NCBI RefSeq assembly: GCF_001194135.2
Contig: NC_068981.1
Span: 161,067,856 to 161,102,115 of the forward strand
From: Octopus bimaculoides
Lineage: Eukaryota
DNA length: 34,260 bases
Direction of reading: 5' to 3'
A program made the position numbers and the translations under genes. Shown piece by piece: positions 33,355 through 34,260 of this stretch; positions within the stretch are counted from its first letter, which is position 1; each line of letters starts with the position of its first letter. The notes below the pieces were generated by a model, which was given only the letters and a program-made list of their open reading frames with translations, was not told where the DNA came from and ran no database searches.

Positions 33355-33990
33355 TCTCTCCTTTATTGGGCACTAAAACTCCGTTTGCGAAGACCTGTTG
33401 AGGCAAGTGAAATCAAAATCAAAATCGAAAATGAACCAAACTCAACAACTGGCACCCATGCCAACCTTTCCTTCATTGGACACTAAACTCTGCTTGCGAA
33501 GACCTGTTGGGGCAAATGAAATCGAAATTGAACCAAATTCGATGACTGGCACCAATACAGGTGGAGCGCTAACAGTACCATCAGAGCGTGATCATTGCCA
33601 GAGCAGCTGTCTGGCTCCCTTGCCAGTGGCATGTGAAAAGCACCATTTGAGCGTGATCGTTACCTGCGTTGCCTTACTGCTGGTGGCATGAAAAATCATT
33701 CAAGCGAGGTCGTTGTCAGTGCTACTGGCCTGGCTCCTGTGCAGGTGGCATGTAAAAATACACAATTTGAGCATGGCCTTTGCCAGTACTGCCTGACTGA
33801 CCCTGATGCCGGTGGCACATAAAAGCACCCACTACACTTTTGGAGTGGTTGGCGTTAGGAAGGGCATCCAGCTGTAGAAACTCTGCCAGATCAGATTGGA
33901 GCCTGGTGCAGCCACCTGGTTCGCCAGTCCTCAGTCAAATCGTCCAACTCATGCTAGCATGGAAAGCGGACGTTAAACGATGATGATGAG
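33355..33990 (+). mobile_element. RTEX-like LINE 3' UTR and tail, with a duplicated ~110-bp 5' segment
   Basis: CTTTC..TTGG.CACTAAA..C.G.TTGCGAAGACCTGTTG.GGCAA occurs twice (about 33355 and 33466). Four UTR subrepeats follow, and the tail ends GGAAAGCGGACGTTAAACGATGATGATGAG. Confidence 0.85.
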
Positions 33991-34260
33991 GAGGAGGATA
34001 TATATATGTATATATATATATGTGTGTGTGTATATATACATACACATATATAAATATATATTTTATTATATGTATTTATTTTCTCCTAGTTAATAATTAA
34101 CTTGGACAAAATAAATTGGTTAATAGATACCAGGGTAGCAAAGATCACAAAATGACTGTGGTGTAACTCCTGTTTATGAGGTAGAAACTCCTTGTTATTT
34201 TGGGTACTTGAGTATATATAAATTTAGTAAATGGAGTAAAACGCATATGTTAACTGAATA

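Overview
This is AT-rich, microsatellite-saturated animal DNA with seven N-gaps (about 2.7 kb in total). The repeat inventory resembles octopus genomic DNA, which is an inference from recalled repeat types and not from a database search. I find no intact host protein-coding gene, and almost every ORF in the track is a microsatellite, low-complexity or N-gap artefact. The window is a stack of transposable-element remains: (i) at least four tRNA-derived SINE families, one full-length with a 12-bp target-site duplication; (ii) about ten fragments of an RTE-superfamily (RTEX-like) LINE, including RT pieces with an embedded PHD-like Cys/His finger and 3' UTRs that have spawned 26-bp and 42-bp minisatellites; (iii) decayed CR1/L2-group RTs, a decayed Tc1 5' end and piggyBac-like MITEs. 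The most notable structures are a 346-bp-period direct repeat carrying a degenerate hammerhead-ribozyme core (possible retrozyme or Penelope relic), a 317-bp inverted insertion stitched from two flanking segments by 3-bp microhomology, several long inverted repeats, and a few isolated exon-like segments. I found no evidence for a functional, previously undescribed system. The best leads are listed with their weaknesses.
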